From a virus (taxonomy: Duplodnaviria; Heunggongvirae; Uroviricota; Caudoviricetes): a stretch of DNA of 44,111 nt. The position numbers and the translations under genes were made by a program. Each line of letters starts with the position of its first letter. Position 1 is the first letter of the stretch. This document shows, one piece after another, positions 19,317-29,261 of this stretch. The DNA lies in IMG/VR virus record IMGVR_UViG_2563366879_000002, positions 1 through 44,111 of that record. The stretch is one strand, 5' to 3'. The notes beneath the pieces are model-generated. The model was not told where the DNA came from and ran no database searches. It saw only the letters and a list, made by a program, of their open reading frames with translations.

Positions 19317-20108
19317 ATGAGCGAGAAATTAAAGATAGTCTATCGCCCATTACAAGAATTGTCACCGTATGCGCACAACGCCAGGACGCACAGTACTGAG
19401 CAGGTGGCACAACTGGTAGAAAGTATTAAGCAATTCGGCTGGACTAATCCGGTGCTGATTGACGAAAAGGGCGAAATTATTGCGGGTCACGGTCGTGTTA
19501 TGGCGGCTGAAATGCTCAAAATGGATTCTGTTCCGGTCATTGTTCTGTCTGGCCTGACGGATGAGCAGAAAAAGGCGTACCGCTTGGCAGATAATCGCCT
19601 ACCGATGAATGCTGGCTGGGATGAAGATCTGTTGCGGATGGAGCTGTCGGACCTAATCAATGCTGATTTTGATGTCTCCCTGACAGGCTTCAGCACGACA
19701 GAAATTGATGAACTGTTGACGAATGTTTTGCCCGGTACAGGAAATAAGGAGGAGCCGTATACGACGAAAATTGATACGCCTGTTTATGAGCCGTCGGGCG
19801 GTAAACCGGATATCAGTGAACTGTACGACGATACGAAAACTCAGGAGCTGATCAGCCGGATACGTTCGGCGTCCCTTGATCCTGATATTGAGAAATTCCT
19901 CCTGTGTGCGGCAGAACGTCACACGGTGTTTAATTTCAGCAGAATTGCGGACTATTACGCTCATGCCCCCGCTGAAATTCAGTGCCTTTTCGAGGAGTCG
20001 GCGCTGGTGATCATTGATTATCAGCAGGCTATTGAAAATGGATTTGTCCGAATGACGCAGCGCATGGTGGAGATCATGCATGGCGGGGAGGAGGAGGAAT
20101 ATGCGTGA
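19317..20108 (+). CDS. ynaK: ParB/Srx-like N-terminal domain protein (263 aa), YnaK-like
   Basis: ParB-type GxxR motif (IIAGHGRVMAAE) and Arg-containing DNA-binding segment; N-terminus matches remembered Rac YnaK fragment; acidic C-terminus. Confidence 0.7.
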   Translation: MSEKLKIVYRPLQELSPYAHNARTHSTEQVAQLVESIKQFGWTNPVLIDEKGEIIAGHGRVMAAEMLKMDSVPVIVLSGLTDEQKKAYRLADNRLPMNAGWDEDLLRMELSDLINADFDVSLTGFSTTEIDELLTNVLPGTGNKEEPYTTKIDTPVYEPSGGKPDISELYDDTKTQELISRIRSASLDPDIEKFLLCAAERHTVFNFSRIADYYAHAPAEIQCLFEESALVIIDYQQAIENGFVRMTQRMVEIMHGGEEEEYA

Positions 20109-21033
20109 TGATTTTTGCGCCTTTATTCTGACTCACGGGCGACCGGACAAAGTTCTGACTTACCGGACGTTGCGTCGTGCTGGCTATACCGGGAAAATTT
20201 TTATCGTTGTTGATGATGAAGATAAGACACGGCATCAGTACATGGCTGAATTTGGTGAACAGGTGCTGGTGTTTTCCAAAGCCGATATCGCCAGTCGTTT
20301 TGACGAAGCCGATAATTTCGGTGACCGCCGCTCAATTTTTTACGCCCGTAATGCCTGTTTCGACCTGGCAAAACTGGTCGGGTGTAAATACTTCATTCAG
20401 CTCGATGATGATTATCACGAGTTCCAGTTTCGGGTGGATCGCAACTATGACCAGGCCTATTTTCCGATAAGGAAACTGGATGCGATCCTTTCTGAAATGC
20501 TGGCGTACTACGAATCAATACCTGCTCTTTCCATCGCTATGTCGCAGGGCGGGGATTTTCTTGGTGACAATGGCGGCCATGCTTCGTGGGTGAAACGCAA
20601 GGCAATGAACAGCTTTATCTGTTCGGTTGATCGACCGTTCTCATTCATGGGGCGCATTAACGAGGATGTGAATACGTACACGAATCTCGGTCGCTGTGGT
20701 GAATTGTTTATGACGATCGGTGCTGTCCAGTTAGGGCAGAAACAGACGCAGAAAAACAGCGGCGGAATGACCGAGCTGTATCTGGATTCCGGAACCTACG
20801 TTAAAAGTTTTTACTCCGTCATGTATGCGCCGTCGTGCGTAAAAATCTCACTGATGGGTGCCAGCCATAAACGCATTCACCATCAGGTCACCTGGAACAA
20901 CGCTGCAGTAAAAATCCTTCACGAAAAATACAGGAAGAAGACACCCTGCATATCAATAGGGGTGACAAATGATTCCGTATTCGAAAGTCGAGTCTCTGGC
21001 AGCGTGCCGGATGACTGCACAACAAATCGCTGA
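20101..21033 (+). CDS. Uncharacterised protein (about 310 aa from MRDDFCAF) with GT-A-like features (Rossmann-like N-terminus, DxD-like FIQLDDDYHEF)
   Basis: ORF track ORF 20080..21033; GGAGGAGGAGGAA immediately upstream of the internal ATG; start overlaps the ParB-like gene stop; fold assignment is motif-based inference. Confidence 0.45.
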   Translation: MRDDFCAFILTHGRPDKVLTYRTLRRAGYTGKIFIVVDDEDKTRHQYMAEFGEQVLVFSKADIASRFDEADNFGDRRSIFYARNACFDLAKLVGCKYFIQLDDDYHEFQFRVDRNYDQAYFPIRKLDAILSEMLAYYESIPALSIAMSQGGDFLGDNGGHASWVKRKAMNSFICSVDRPFSFMGRINEDVNTYTNLGRCGELFMTIGAVQLGQKQTQKNSGGMTELYLDSGTYVKSFYSVMYAPSCVKISLMGASHKRIHHQVTWNNAAVKILHEKYRKKTPCISIGVTNDSVFESRVSGSVPDDCTTNR

Positions 21034-21220
21034 CGTTCTGGATGTTGATCTGAACCGACTGAAAGAAAATCGGGAAGCAATGACAGATTTTTATGCGGCC
21101 ATCCGTAAGGGCAGAGCGAAAGGTGAAGCCGAGTTACGAGCGGCATTGTTTAAGCTTGCCAGAAAAGGGGATGCCTTTGCTCTGCGCGAACTACTCAGGG
21201 TGGATAAAAATCAGGACTAA
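20969..21220 (+). CDS. Small helical protein (83 aa), possibly DNA-binding/packaging-associated; start may be the internal Met at about 21011
   Basis: ORF immediately upstream of the small terminase; overlaps the end of the preceding gene. Confidence 0.35.
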   Translation: MIPYSKVESLAACRMTAQQIADVLDVDLNRLKENREAMTDFYAAIRKGRAKGEAELRAALFKLARKGDAFALRELLRVDKNQD

Positions 21221-21223
21221 CTG

Positions 21224-22318
21224 ATGAGCAGACCGGACTGGGGGGCGTTGCAGCAGGAGTATATTGCTGAATACACCCGCTCCGGTATATCTCCGGTGGC
21301 ATGGTGTGAAGCAAGGGGACTGAATTACGCAACAGCCCGTCGTTACATCAAAAAACCTCCGAAAAATGCGCAGACAGAAATGCGCAAAACTGCGCAAAAA
21401 AGTGCGCAGAAAAAATCTGCGCAGACTGCACAAAAGCGGAACGAAAAATCTCAGGAAAAAAAGCCAGTATTCGATGCGTACCTGAATGAGGGCGATGCGG
21501 AAGAAATTTCGTTCTGTCCCGATGAATTCGGTATTTCAGACCAGCAGGCGAAATTCGCAATGCTGGTTGCCCAGGGGAAAAAACTCGTTGAGGCATATCG
21601 CCTGGCAGGATACGAGTCAGAGGGGAATGCGGCCTACGTAACCGCCAGCCAGCTCCTAAGAAATCCTAAGGTTTATCGTGCCATCAGCTACTTCCGCAAT
21701 CAGTACCAGAAACGCTATACCGCAGACCTGGATTTACTGGTGAGCCAGTTGATGGCCATTGTCCAGGCCGACCCCAATCAGCTTGCACAATTTCGCCGTG
21801 TTAACTGCCGTTATTGCTGGGGCGAGAATCATCTCTACCAGTGGCGCGATATAGCAGAATTCGACAAGGCAGCGGCGCAGGCTTCCAGAGATGGCAAACC
21901 CGAACCGGAATATGGAGGCCTCGGCTTTGTTGATAACGCCATACCCAATCCGGACTGCCCGAAGTGCTGCGGTGAGGGAACGGGACAGCTTTATATGGCT
22001 GATACCACTCTGCTTGATGGGGATGCGCGGCAATTATATGCAGGGGCAAAACTCGGAAAATTCGGCGTTGAGATCCTGCTGGAGGATAAGGCTGCCGCCC
22101 GGCGTGAATTGTTGCGTTTGCTTTCTGCTGGTGGGGCTTTATGTGCAGATAAGCGGCTACAGGAACTGGAAATTGAACGGCGCAGAATGGAAAACCAGAA
22201 GCTGCGCAAAGAGATCGAAACGGTGGAAGATAATGAACATCCCCAGCCTGTGGCGATCAATATTAATGTGGTTGATGCCAGAGTAAGGAGTGATGAAGAT
22301 GATCTCTCCGACGCTTAA
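21224..22318 (+). CDS. Terminase small subunit (Terminase_2-like core) with N-terminal HTH and C-terminal Cys-rich/coiled-coil extension, 364 aa
   Basis: Core AKFAMLVAQGKKLVEAYRLAGYESEGNAAYVTASQLLRNPKVYRAI resembles the terminase small subunit signature; precedes the large subunit. Confidence 0.7.
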   Translation: MSRPDWGALQQEYIAEYTRSGISPVAWCEARGLNYATARRYIKKPPKNAQTEMRKTAQKSAQKKSAQTAQKRNEKSQEKKPVFDAYLNEGDAEEISFCPDEFGISDQQAKFAMLVAQGKKLVEAYRLAGYESEGNAAYVTASQLLRNPKVYRAISYFRNQYQKRYTADLDLLVSQLMAIVQADPNQLAQFRRVNCRYCWGENHLYQWRDIAEFDKAAAQASRDGKPEPEYGGLGFVDNAIPNPDCPKCCGEGTGQLYMADTTLLDGDARQLYAGAKLGKFGVEILLEDKAAARRELLRLLSAGGALCADKRLQELEIERRRMENQKLRKEIETVEDNEHPQPVAININVVDARVRSDEDDLSDA

Positions 22319-23600
22319 TGTGCCTCAGGCGCGATTTCTTTCAATGCCCCATAAATTTAAAGCCTATATTGCTGGTTTTGGCTCGGGCAAAACATGGGTT
22401 GGGTGTGGCGGCATATGCAAGGGGATTTGGGAGCATCCAGGTATAAATCAGGGATATTTTGCGCCAACGTATCCCCAAATTCGCGATATTTTTTACCCTA
22501 CAGTGGAAGAAGTTGCTGCTGACTGGGGATTGAACGTAAAAATTAATGAGGGAAATAAAGAGGTTCACTTTTATTACGGACGCCAGTATCGGGGAACCAC
22601 TATCTGCAGATCGATGGAGAAGCCACAAACGATCGTCGGTTTCAAAATTGGTAATGCGCTGGTGGATGAACTGGACATTTTGCCGAAGGAAAAAGCCAGA
22701 ACGGCGTGGCGCAAGATAATTGCGCGTATGCGTTATAAGATTGATGGACTTCGCAACGGTATTGACGTTACAACCACGCCGGAAGGATTCAAATTTGTCT
22801 ACGAGCAGTTTGTTAAAGCCGTGCGTGAAAAAACAGAGCTGGCCTCACTGTATGGTCTGGTGCAGGCATCTACTTTCGATAATGAAAAGAACCTGCCAGT
22901 AGATTACATTCCTTCGCTTCTTGAATCATACCCTCCAGAGCTGATTAAAGCCTATCTTCGAGGACAGTTTACTAACCTGACAAGTGGTACTGTTTACCAT
23001 CAGTTTGACCGGAAACTGAATAATTGCGAAGAAGTGGAGCAGCCAGGGGAGCCGATTTATATTGGGATGGATTTTAACGTTGGAAAGATGGCGGGGATCG
23101 TCCATGTGCTGCGTTTGGGGCTTCCATGTGCGGTAACTGAAATCATCAATGCCTACGATACGCCGGATATGATCCGCATCATTAAAGAACGCTTCTGGCT
23201 GTATGACGGGAATGATTACCGGAAAGTGAGGGAGATTTATATTTATCCAGATGCTTCCGGAGATTCCAGAAAATCAAGTAACGCAAGTACGACGGATATA
23301 GCCCAGCTTAAGCAGGCTGGTTTTAACGTTGTGGTGAACAGCTCGAACCCGCCAGTAAAAGATCGCGTTAACTCAATGAATGCAATGTTCTGCAATGCCA
23401 ATGGTGAGCGTCGCTATAAAGTTAATGTGAAGCGTTGTCCGGTATATGCCGAATCTCTGGAGCAACAGGTCTGGGATGATAAGGGGGAGCCTGATAAAAA
23501 ATCTGGCAATGATCACCCGAATGATGCCGGAGGTTATTTCATCGTTAAGCAATTCCCTATTGTCAAACCGACCGGAAGAGTCACATCACTTCGGATTTAA
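22290..23600 (+). CDS. Terminase large subunit (ATPase/nuclease), 436 aa
   Basis: Walker A AGFGSGKT near N-terminus; acidic nuclease motif region; position between small subunit and portal. Confidence 0.85.
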   Translation: MMKMISPTLNVPQARFLSMPHKFKAYIAGFGSGKTWVGCGGICKGIWEHPGINQGYFAPTYPQIRDIFYPTVEEVAADWGLNVKINEGNKEVHFYYGRQYRGTTICRSMEKPQTIVGFKIGNALVDELDILPKEKARTAWRKIIARMRYKIDGLRNGIDVTTTPEGFKFVYEQFVKAVREKTELASLYGLVQASTFDNEKNLPVDYIPSLLESYPPELIKAYLRGQFTNLTSGTVYHQFDRKLNNCEEVEQPGEPIYIGMDFNVGKMAGIVHVLRLGLPCAVTEIINAYDTPDMIRIIKERFWLYDGNDYRKVREIYIYPDASGDSRKSSNASTTDIAQLKQAGFNVVVNSSNPPVKDRVNSMNAMFCNANGERRYKVNVKRCPVYAESLEQQVWDDKGEPDKKSGNDHPNDAGGYFIVKQFPIVKPTGRVTSLRI

Positions 23601-23602
23601 TT

Positions 23603-25009
23603 ATGGCTGATATATCAACACCCAACCTCGACTATAACGATATGCTGGAGGCGTGGGATATTAACGACGCATTGATGGGCGGTACGCTTGAAATGCGCAG
23701 GCAGGGGGAAAATTATCTCCCCAAATGGCCTAATGAAGATGAAGACGCTTATAAAAAACGCCTGTCTGTGGCTACGCTACTTCCTGTGTATGAAGAAAGC
23801 GTCAAACAAAATATTGGGCGCATATTTGCAGAGCCGACAGTATTGAGTGAGGAAACGCCGGAAAAAATCAGGGAATATGCAGAAAATATCGACATGGAGG
23901 GGAGCCGACTGGATGTGTGGGCGCAGCAATTTTTCAGTCTCGCATTTCAGTATGGTGTGGCACATGCTCTGGTGGACTATCCACGAACGGATATGAAAGA
24001 GATTCGGACAAAAGCCGATGAAAACGCGGCCGGTGGTCGCCCGTACGTTACGATGCTGAATCCACGCCAGGTTATTGGATGGAAATCGAAAGTTGAAAAA
24101 GGGAAAGTTGTTCTCACTGATTTGCGTATAAAAGAGGTCATCATTATTGATGGTGATGATTTCGGGCAGAAGAAGGTGGAGCAGATCCGCCATATTATGC
24201 CCCGTCGAGTTGAAATTTATCGACGCAGCGAAGGTACTAATGGCGAATCTGTCTGGACGCTTCATGAGTCATGGAATACCAGCCGTGATGATATTCCTCT
24301 GGTAACACTGTATACGAAGAAAACAGGGTTTATGCGTGGTACACCGCCATTGCTTAATCTTGGCTTGCTGAATATCAAGCACTGGCAAAGCCAGAGCGAG
24401 CAGGACAATATTCTTCATGTTGCCCGCGTTCCATTGCTGGTGGCCTACGGGCTGGACAGGAATGAAGAACTGACGGTTGGTGCATCCACCGCTACGATTT
24501 TTGAGGACAGAACAAAAAATGGCCTCGAATATGTTGAACATAGTGGCGCAGCGATAGAATCTGGCGAAACATCACTTGAGAAGCTGGAAAATCAGATGCG
24601 TCATGCCGGCGCTAAACTTCTGCGGGCTGAAAATACATGCACCAAATCTGTTGATCAGACTAATGAAGAGCGGATGCAGGAACACTCGCCGCTTTATACA
24701 ATGGCGAACTCCCTCGAAGATGCCCTCGATAATATTCTCCAGATAATGGCGGAATGGAGCGGAGAGAGTTGCGGTGGCAATGTGGATGTGCGCACTGAAC
24801 TGGATGTATCTGCCCAGGTGTTTGACTCATCCTCCGCGCTGGCTGTTCAGTCATTGCGTCAGGGCGGTGATATACGTCAGATTGATGCGGTTCGGGTGTT
24901 GCAGGCGTTGAAATTTATCGATCAGGATTCCCGTCCAGAGGAAGTGATCGATGAATTAAAAAATCAGAGTGTAATGCTGATGGAAATCAATGATGCAAAC
25001 CGTGAATGA
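23603..25009 (+). CDS. Portal protein (468 aa)
   Basis: Size and position immediately after terminase large subunit. Confidence 0.65.
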   Translation: MADISTPNLDYNDMLEAWDINDALMGGTLEMRRQGENYLPKWPNEDEDAYKKRLSVATLLPVYEESVKQNIGRIFAEPTVLSEETPEKIREYAENIDMEGSRLDVWAQQFFSLAFQYGVAHALVDYPRTDMKEIRTKADENAAGGRPYVTMLNPRQVIGWKSKVEKGKVVLTDLRIKEVIIIDGDDFGQKKVEQIRHIMPRRVEIYRRSEGTNGESVWTLHESWNTSRDDIPLVTLYTKKTGFMRGTPPLLNLGLLNIKHWQSQSEQDNILHVARVPLLVAYGLDRNEELTVGASTATIFEDRTKNGLEYVEHSGAAIESGETSLEKLENQMRHAGAKLLRAENTCTKSVDQTNEERMQEHSPLYTMANSLEDALDNILQIMAEWSGESCGGNVDVRTELDVSAQVFDSSSALAVQSLRQGGDIRQIDAVRVLQALKFIDQDSRPEEVIDELKNQSVMLMEINDANRE

Positions 25010-26105
25010 ACGGCTGCGTGATGAATCAATTGCTCATGCAGTCTGGATATCCCGCTATAGCACTGGTGTGGCTGCCAGAATGGTGAAAATACTGAATGAC
25101 AGCGATGCGGAGCTTACAGCTCGCCTGCTGGTAGCACTGGACAGCCTCGATCCTGGTAGTTTTACCGTTACGCGCCTGGAGTCACTTCTGGCGAGTGTCA
25201 GAGAAGTTAACCGCGCTGCTATTAACAGCATGTTTACCAGTCTCTCCGGAGAGCTGAACGAGCTGGCAATTTATGAGGCTGGTTATCAGTTAAGTCTGTT
25301 TGATTCTCTGCTACCTGATTTTGTTGCTGATGTTCACCCTCTGGTTGGTATCTCTTCTGATGCACTTTACGCCGCTGCAATGGCGCGACCATTCCAGGGA
25401 CGACTGCTCAGTGAGTGGGCCTCAGATCTTGAGGCGGATCGGCTCAGACGCATAACAAATACGGTGCGTCAGGGTTTTTTGCTGGGGGATACCAATGAGC
25501 AGATCGCAAGAAAAATTCGGGGACATGTCAGTAAGGGATTTCAGGATGGTGCATTGCAGATGAGCCGGGCTAATGCGGCCAGCATTGCAAAAACAGCGGT
25601 TGGACATCTTGCTGCTACTGCTCGTGAGAGTTTTGCACGCGCGAATAATGATTTGATTAAGGGTAAGCAATGGTTATCAACGCTTGATAATCGTACTACG
25701 CCACAATGTCGAATCAGGGATCGCCTCAAATATACGCTGGATAATAAACCTGTAGGTCACAGCGTGCCTTATTTGCAGGGGCCGGGAAAAATTCATTTCT
25801 GCTGCCGCTCAACGGAAACGTTCATTCTGAAATCAGCGAAGGAACTGGGTATTGATGTTCGTGATATTTCCCCGGCTGAGCGGGCCAGCATGGATGGCGT
25901 GGTGGCCGGAGATACAACCTACAGGGAATGGTTTTTGCGCCAGCCTTACACCAGACAAAAACAGATTGTGGGGGAAACCCGGGCAAAGCTGATTCGGGAT
26001 GGCGGTATGTCGCCAGATGAATTTTACACCGATAAAGGCGAATGGCTGACACTGAAGCAACTCCGAGAGCGTGATGCACAGGCATTCAGAAAAGCAGGGA
26101 TTTAA
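24990..26105 (+). CDS. Head morphogenesis / minor head protein (371 aa)
   Basis: Position after portal; typical packaging-head gene order. Confidence 0.55.
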   Translation: MMQTVNERLRDESIAHAVWISRYSTGVAARMVKILNDSDAELTARLLVALDSLDPGSFTVTRLESLLASVREVNRAAINSMFTSLSGELNELAIYEAGYQLSLFDSLLPDFVADVHPLVGISSDALYAAAMARPFQGRLLSEWASDLEADRLRRITNTVRQGFLLGDTNEQIARKIRGHVSKGFQDGALQMSRANAASIAKTAVGHLAATARESFARANNDLIKGKQWLSTLDNRTTPQCRIRDRLKYTLDNKPVGHSVPYLQGPGKIHFCCRSTETFILKSAKELGIDVRDISPAERASMDGVVAGDTTYREWFLRQPYTRQKQIVGETRAKLIRDGGMSPDEFYTDKGEWLTLKQLRERDAQAFRKAGI

Positions 26106-26209
26106 ATAAATCATTTATTACAACAGGCTACCTTCGGGGGGCCTTTTTTATTGCTGCGATCCGGATGGTGAGCAGCGCAACTGTCGGAAGACTTAAACCA
26201 GGTACTAAT

Positions 26210-26974
26210 ATGAAACTGAAAACGGTCGAGATTAACGGAAAACAATACGCAGAAATTGATACTGCTGGCCTGCCAGTCTATGTGCACGACGATGGTAAAG
26301 AAATCGGCTTCGATGCACCGCTGGCGACAAAAAAAATTACAGAGCTTAATGGCGAGGCAAAAAATCATCGCCTGGCTAAAGAAGCTGCAGAGGAAAAACT
26401 GGCTAAGTTTGCCGCTATCGAAGACCCGAAGAAGGCGATTGAGGCACTGGAAATGCTGTCAAAAATCGACCAGAAAAAGCTGATCGATGCGGGACAGGTT
26501 GACCAGGTTAAGGCAGAAATTACGAAAAATTTTCAGCAGCAATTAGATGAAGAAAAGCAACGCTCTCAGATGCTGGAGAAGCAGCTTTACGATTCTATGA
26601 TTGGCGGTAGTTTTGCAGGTTCAAAATATATTGCCGATAAAATTGCGATCCCGGCAGATTTATTACAAGCCCGCTTCGGACAGGCATTCAAAGTGGAAGA
26701 AGGGAAGATCGTTGCTTATGACGCTTCCGGCAACAAAATTTATTCCCGCGCGAAGCCAGGAGAACTGGCGCAGTTTGATGAGGCGCTGGAGTTCCTCGTC
26801 GAAAATTACCCTCAGAAAGACTACATCCTGAAAGCCAGTGGCAACAATGGCGGCGGTTCCCGTCCGACACAGCATGATATTGGTCAGAAAACGATGAAAC
26901 GCTCTGCTTTTGATGCACTGGATGTTGCAGGTAAGCAAAACGCACTGAAAGACGGTATCACAATCGTTGATTAA
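26210..26974 (+). CDS. Scaffolding protein (about 254 aa from MKLKTVEING), coiled-coil
   Basis: Lys/Glu/Ala-rich helical sequence directly upstream of the major capsid gene. Confidence 0.55.
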   Translation: MKLKTVEINGKQYAEIDTAGLPVYVHDDGKEIGFDAPLATKKITELNGEAKNHRLAKEAAEEKLAKFAAIEDPKKAIEALEMLSKIDQKKLIDAGQVDQVKAEITKNFQQQLDEEKQRSQMLEKQLYDSMIGGSFAGSKYIADKIAIPADLLQARFGQAFKVEEGKIVAYDASGNKIYSRAKPGELAQFDEALEFLVENYPQKDYILKASGNNGGGSRPTQHDIGQKTMKRSAFDALDVAGKQNALKDGITIVD

Positions 26975-27072
26975 TACATTTGCCAGCTTCCGGATGGGAG
27001 TTGGTGTCAGGGCTGGATAGCTCACTACTCAATCCATTCACAATTACGCAAATTTTTAAGGAATATTTAATT

Positions 27073-28212
27073 ATGGCTGGAAATACCCTGACCGGGTTGA
27101 TCCCGACTATTTACACCGCCCTGGATGTTGTATCCCGTGAGCAGGTAGGTTTTATCCCTGCGGTAGCAAAAAACGCAAAAGCTGACGCCGCAGCAAAAGA
27201 TCAGACGGTAACCGCGCCAGTTGCGCCTGAGGCGAAAACCGAAGATATCGTACCGGGGCCGTCAGCTCCGAATACCGGTGATCAAAATATTGGCACTGTT
27301 GATGTAAAAATTACTAAATCCAAAATGGCGCCGGTTAAATGGAATGGTGAAGAACAACTGGCTCTTGGCCCTTCAGGGACTTACAACACCATTCTGGCTG
27401 ATCAGTTCAAGCAGGCTTTTCGCGCCCTTGCAAACGAGGTTGAGGCTGATCTTGGTGCGTTGTATTTCGGTGCTTCCCGCGCCGTGGGAACCGCAGGGAC
27501 AACGCCGTTTGGTGTTAAAGATGATCTTTCTGATGCTGCTCTGGCTCGTCAGGTTCTGGAGGATAACGGCGCACCGACAACAGATCTGCAGATGGTGCTT
27601 GGTTCCACTGCCATTGCTAATTTGCGCGGAAAACAGTCTGTATTGTTTAAAGTGAATGAATCCGGCACTGAACAGCTACTGCGTGAGGGCGTGTTGGGGC
27701 GTCTGGAGGGATTCAATATTCACAGTTCGGCAGGTGTAAAACGAGCGCCAAAGGTTGCTGCAACTGGTTATCTCGTGAATGGCGAGAAAAAAGAAGGCGA
27801 TGTTCTTATTTCCATTGATACAGGTTCGGGGAGTATTTCTGCAGGTCAGATTGTTACGTTCGCTGGCGATCCGAATCAGTATGTTGTGGCAGCAGCGACC
27901 AGCAATCTGATTACTCTTGCAGCACCGGGACTGCGTCAGGATCTGGCCGATGATACTGCAATCACAGTTGTTGGCTCCTTTACTGCAAATATGGCGTTTG
28001 ATCGCAACGCGTTTCTGCTGGCATCCCGTACTCCGGCAATGCCGGAAGGTGGCGATAATGCTGATGATGTAATGAATGTTACGGACCCGATTTCAGGGAT
28101 TACGTTCCAGATTGCACTGTATCGTCAGTATCGCCAGGTGCGCTATGAAGTTGGACTGGCATGGGGTGTTTCGTCAGTGAAACCGGCACATGGTTGTCTG
28201 ATTCTTGGTTAA
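27073..28212 (+). CDS. Major capsid protein (about 379 aa from MAGNTLTGLIP)
   Basis: ORF track ORF 26980..28212 with internal ATG after an AAGGAA RBS; position after scaffold. Confidence 0.7.
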   Translation: MAGNTLTGLIPTIYTALDVVSREQVGFIPAVAKNAKADAAAKDQTVTAPVAPEAKTEDIVPGPSAPNTGDQNIGTVDVKITKSKMAPVKWNGEEQLALGPSGTYNTILADQFKQAFRALANEVEADLGALYFGASRAVGTAGTTPFGVKDDLSDAALARQVLEDNGAPTTDLQMVLGSTAIANLRGKQSVLFKVNESGTEQLLREGVLGRLEGFNIHSSAGVKRAPKVAATGYLVNGEKKEGDVLISIDTGSGSISAGQIVTFAGDPNQYVVAAATSNLITLAAPGLRQDLADDTAITVVGSFTANMAFDRNAFLLASRTPAMPEGGDNADDVMNVTDPISGITFQIALYRQYRQVRYEVGLAWGVSSVKPAHGCLILG

Positions 28213-28254
28213 ACATCCAAACGGGGCTTCGGCCCCATTTTTAATGGAGGGGAT

Positions 28255-28479
28255 ATGGCCGGATTAACTAAAGAGCAAAGAGCACAGCGTGAAGCCGCGC
28301 AAAAAAATGCAGTGGTGGAGCAAAATGTGGAGCAAATTCAGGAGCCACAAAAAACGCAAATTGAGTTAGTGGTTATGGTGACCGATTATCAGATGTTTCC
28401 CGGCGCACCAACTATCGCTAATGTTCATCCTGATGAAGTTGACAACTGGAAGGCTCTGGGCTGGAAAACTCAGGAGTAA
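28255..28479 (+). CDS. Small head-associated hypothetical protein (74 aa)
   Basis: ORF with GGAGG-like RBS between capsid and connector genes. Confidence 0.35.
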   Translation: MAGLTKEQRAQREAAQKNAVVEQNVEQIQEPQKTQIELVVMVTDYQMFPGAPTIANVHPDEVDNWKALGWKTQE

Positions 28480-28482
28480 CAC

Positions 28483-28878
28483 ATGATCACTTACGTGACC
28501 TGTGATGACGTTGATAATGCGTTTGGGAACGCCTGGACGAGTGAGAACGCTAAAAATAAAGCTGTTTTAATGGCTAATGCCTGGCTTAATGGCTTCGGCC
28601 TGAAAATTAACCCATCCCGTATTCCGGAAGAGGTAAAACTTGCGGGAGCATATGCAGCCAGAATTGCCTCTGTCGGTAAGTTGTTTCAGCAGAAAAATGA
28701 TTCTGGCGTTGTTATCAGTAAAACCGTGTCGGCTGACGGGGTCAGTGTATCGAAATCATTTGCTGAATTGCCAGCAAACAGCACTGCATTGCTTGAACCC
28801 GATTTACAGCTTGCGATAGCACTGCTGAAACCGTACGGACTTAGTCGCTCACAAGTCAGGGTTGTGAGGGGGGGATGA
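28483..28878 (+). CDS. Head-tail connector/adaptor protein (131 aa)
   Basis: Position and size; translationally coupled to neighbours. Confidence 0.4.
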   Translation: MITYVTCDDVDNAFGNAWTSENAKNKAVLMANAWLNGFGLKINPSRIPEEVKLAGAYAARIASVGKLFQQKNDSGVVISKTVSADGVSVSKSFAELPANSTALLEPDLQLAIALLKPYGLSRSQVRVVRGG

Positions 28879-29261
28879 TGGGGCTTCGTGAAGAGATTCA
28901 GTCAGAGGTTGCCGCTGCTTTTGATGAGGATTTAGCAGACGCCGTGAGTGATTTTTCTGGTTCTTACGTTACGCACCGGAACTGGGATCCTGTGACGGAA
29001 ACTGGCGGCGAATCCACAGCAACCTATACCGGGCGAGGCGTGTTGACGCGTTATAAGCTGGGCAGAATTGATGGGATTAATATTTTGCATGGTGACCTTA
29101 AATTAACAGCTCTGGTATGCGAGGTTACGGATAAACCCGCTGTCGGCCATATTATTGAGATTTATGATCCTGTATCAAGGCAGTTGCAACGATACGAGGT
29201 AATTACAGCGAGTGTAGATCCTTCCGCATCAGTTTACTCAATCCAGTTAAGGAGAGCGTAA
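28875..29261 (+). CDS. Head closure / head-tail joining protein (128 aa)
   Basis: Position and overlapping start/stop. Confidence 0.4.
   Translation: MMGLREEIQSEVAAAFDEDLADAVSDFSGSYVTHRNWDPVTETGGESTATYTGRGVLTRYKLGRIDGINILHGDLKLTALVCEVTDKPAVGHIIEIYDPVSRQLQRYEVITASVDPSASVYSIQLRRA

Noticed and set aside
21734-22286. Several overlapping ORFs (both strands) within the small terminase gene
   Set aside because: Alternative-frame ORFs inside a gene with a recognisable Terminase_2 core; low-complexity translations.
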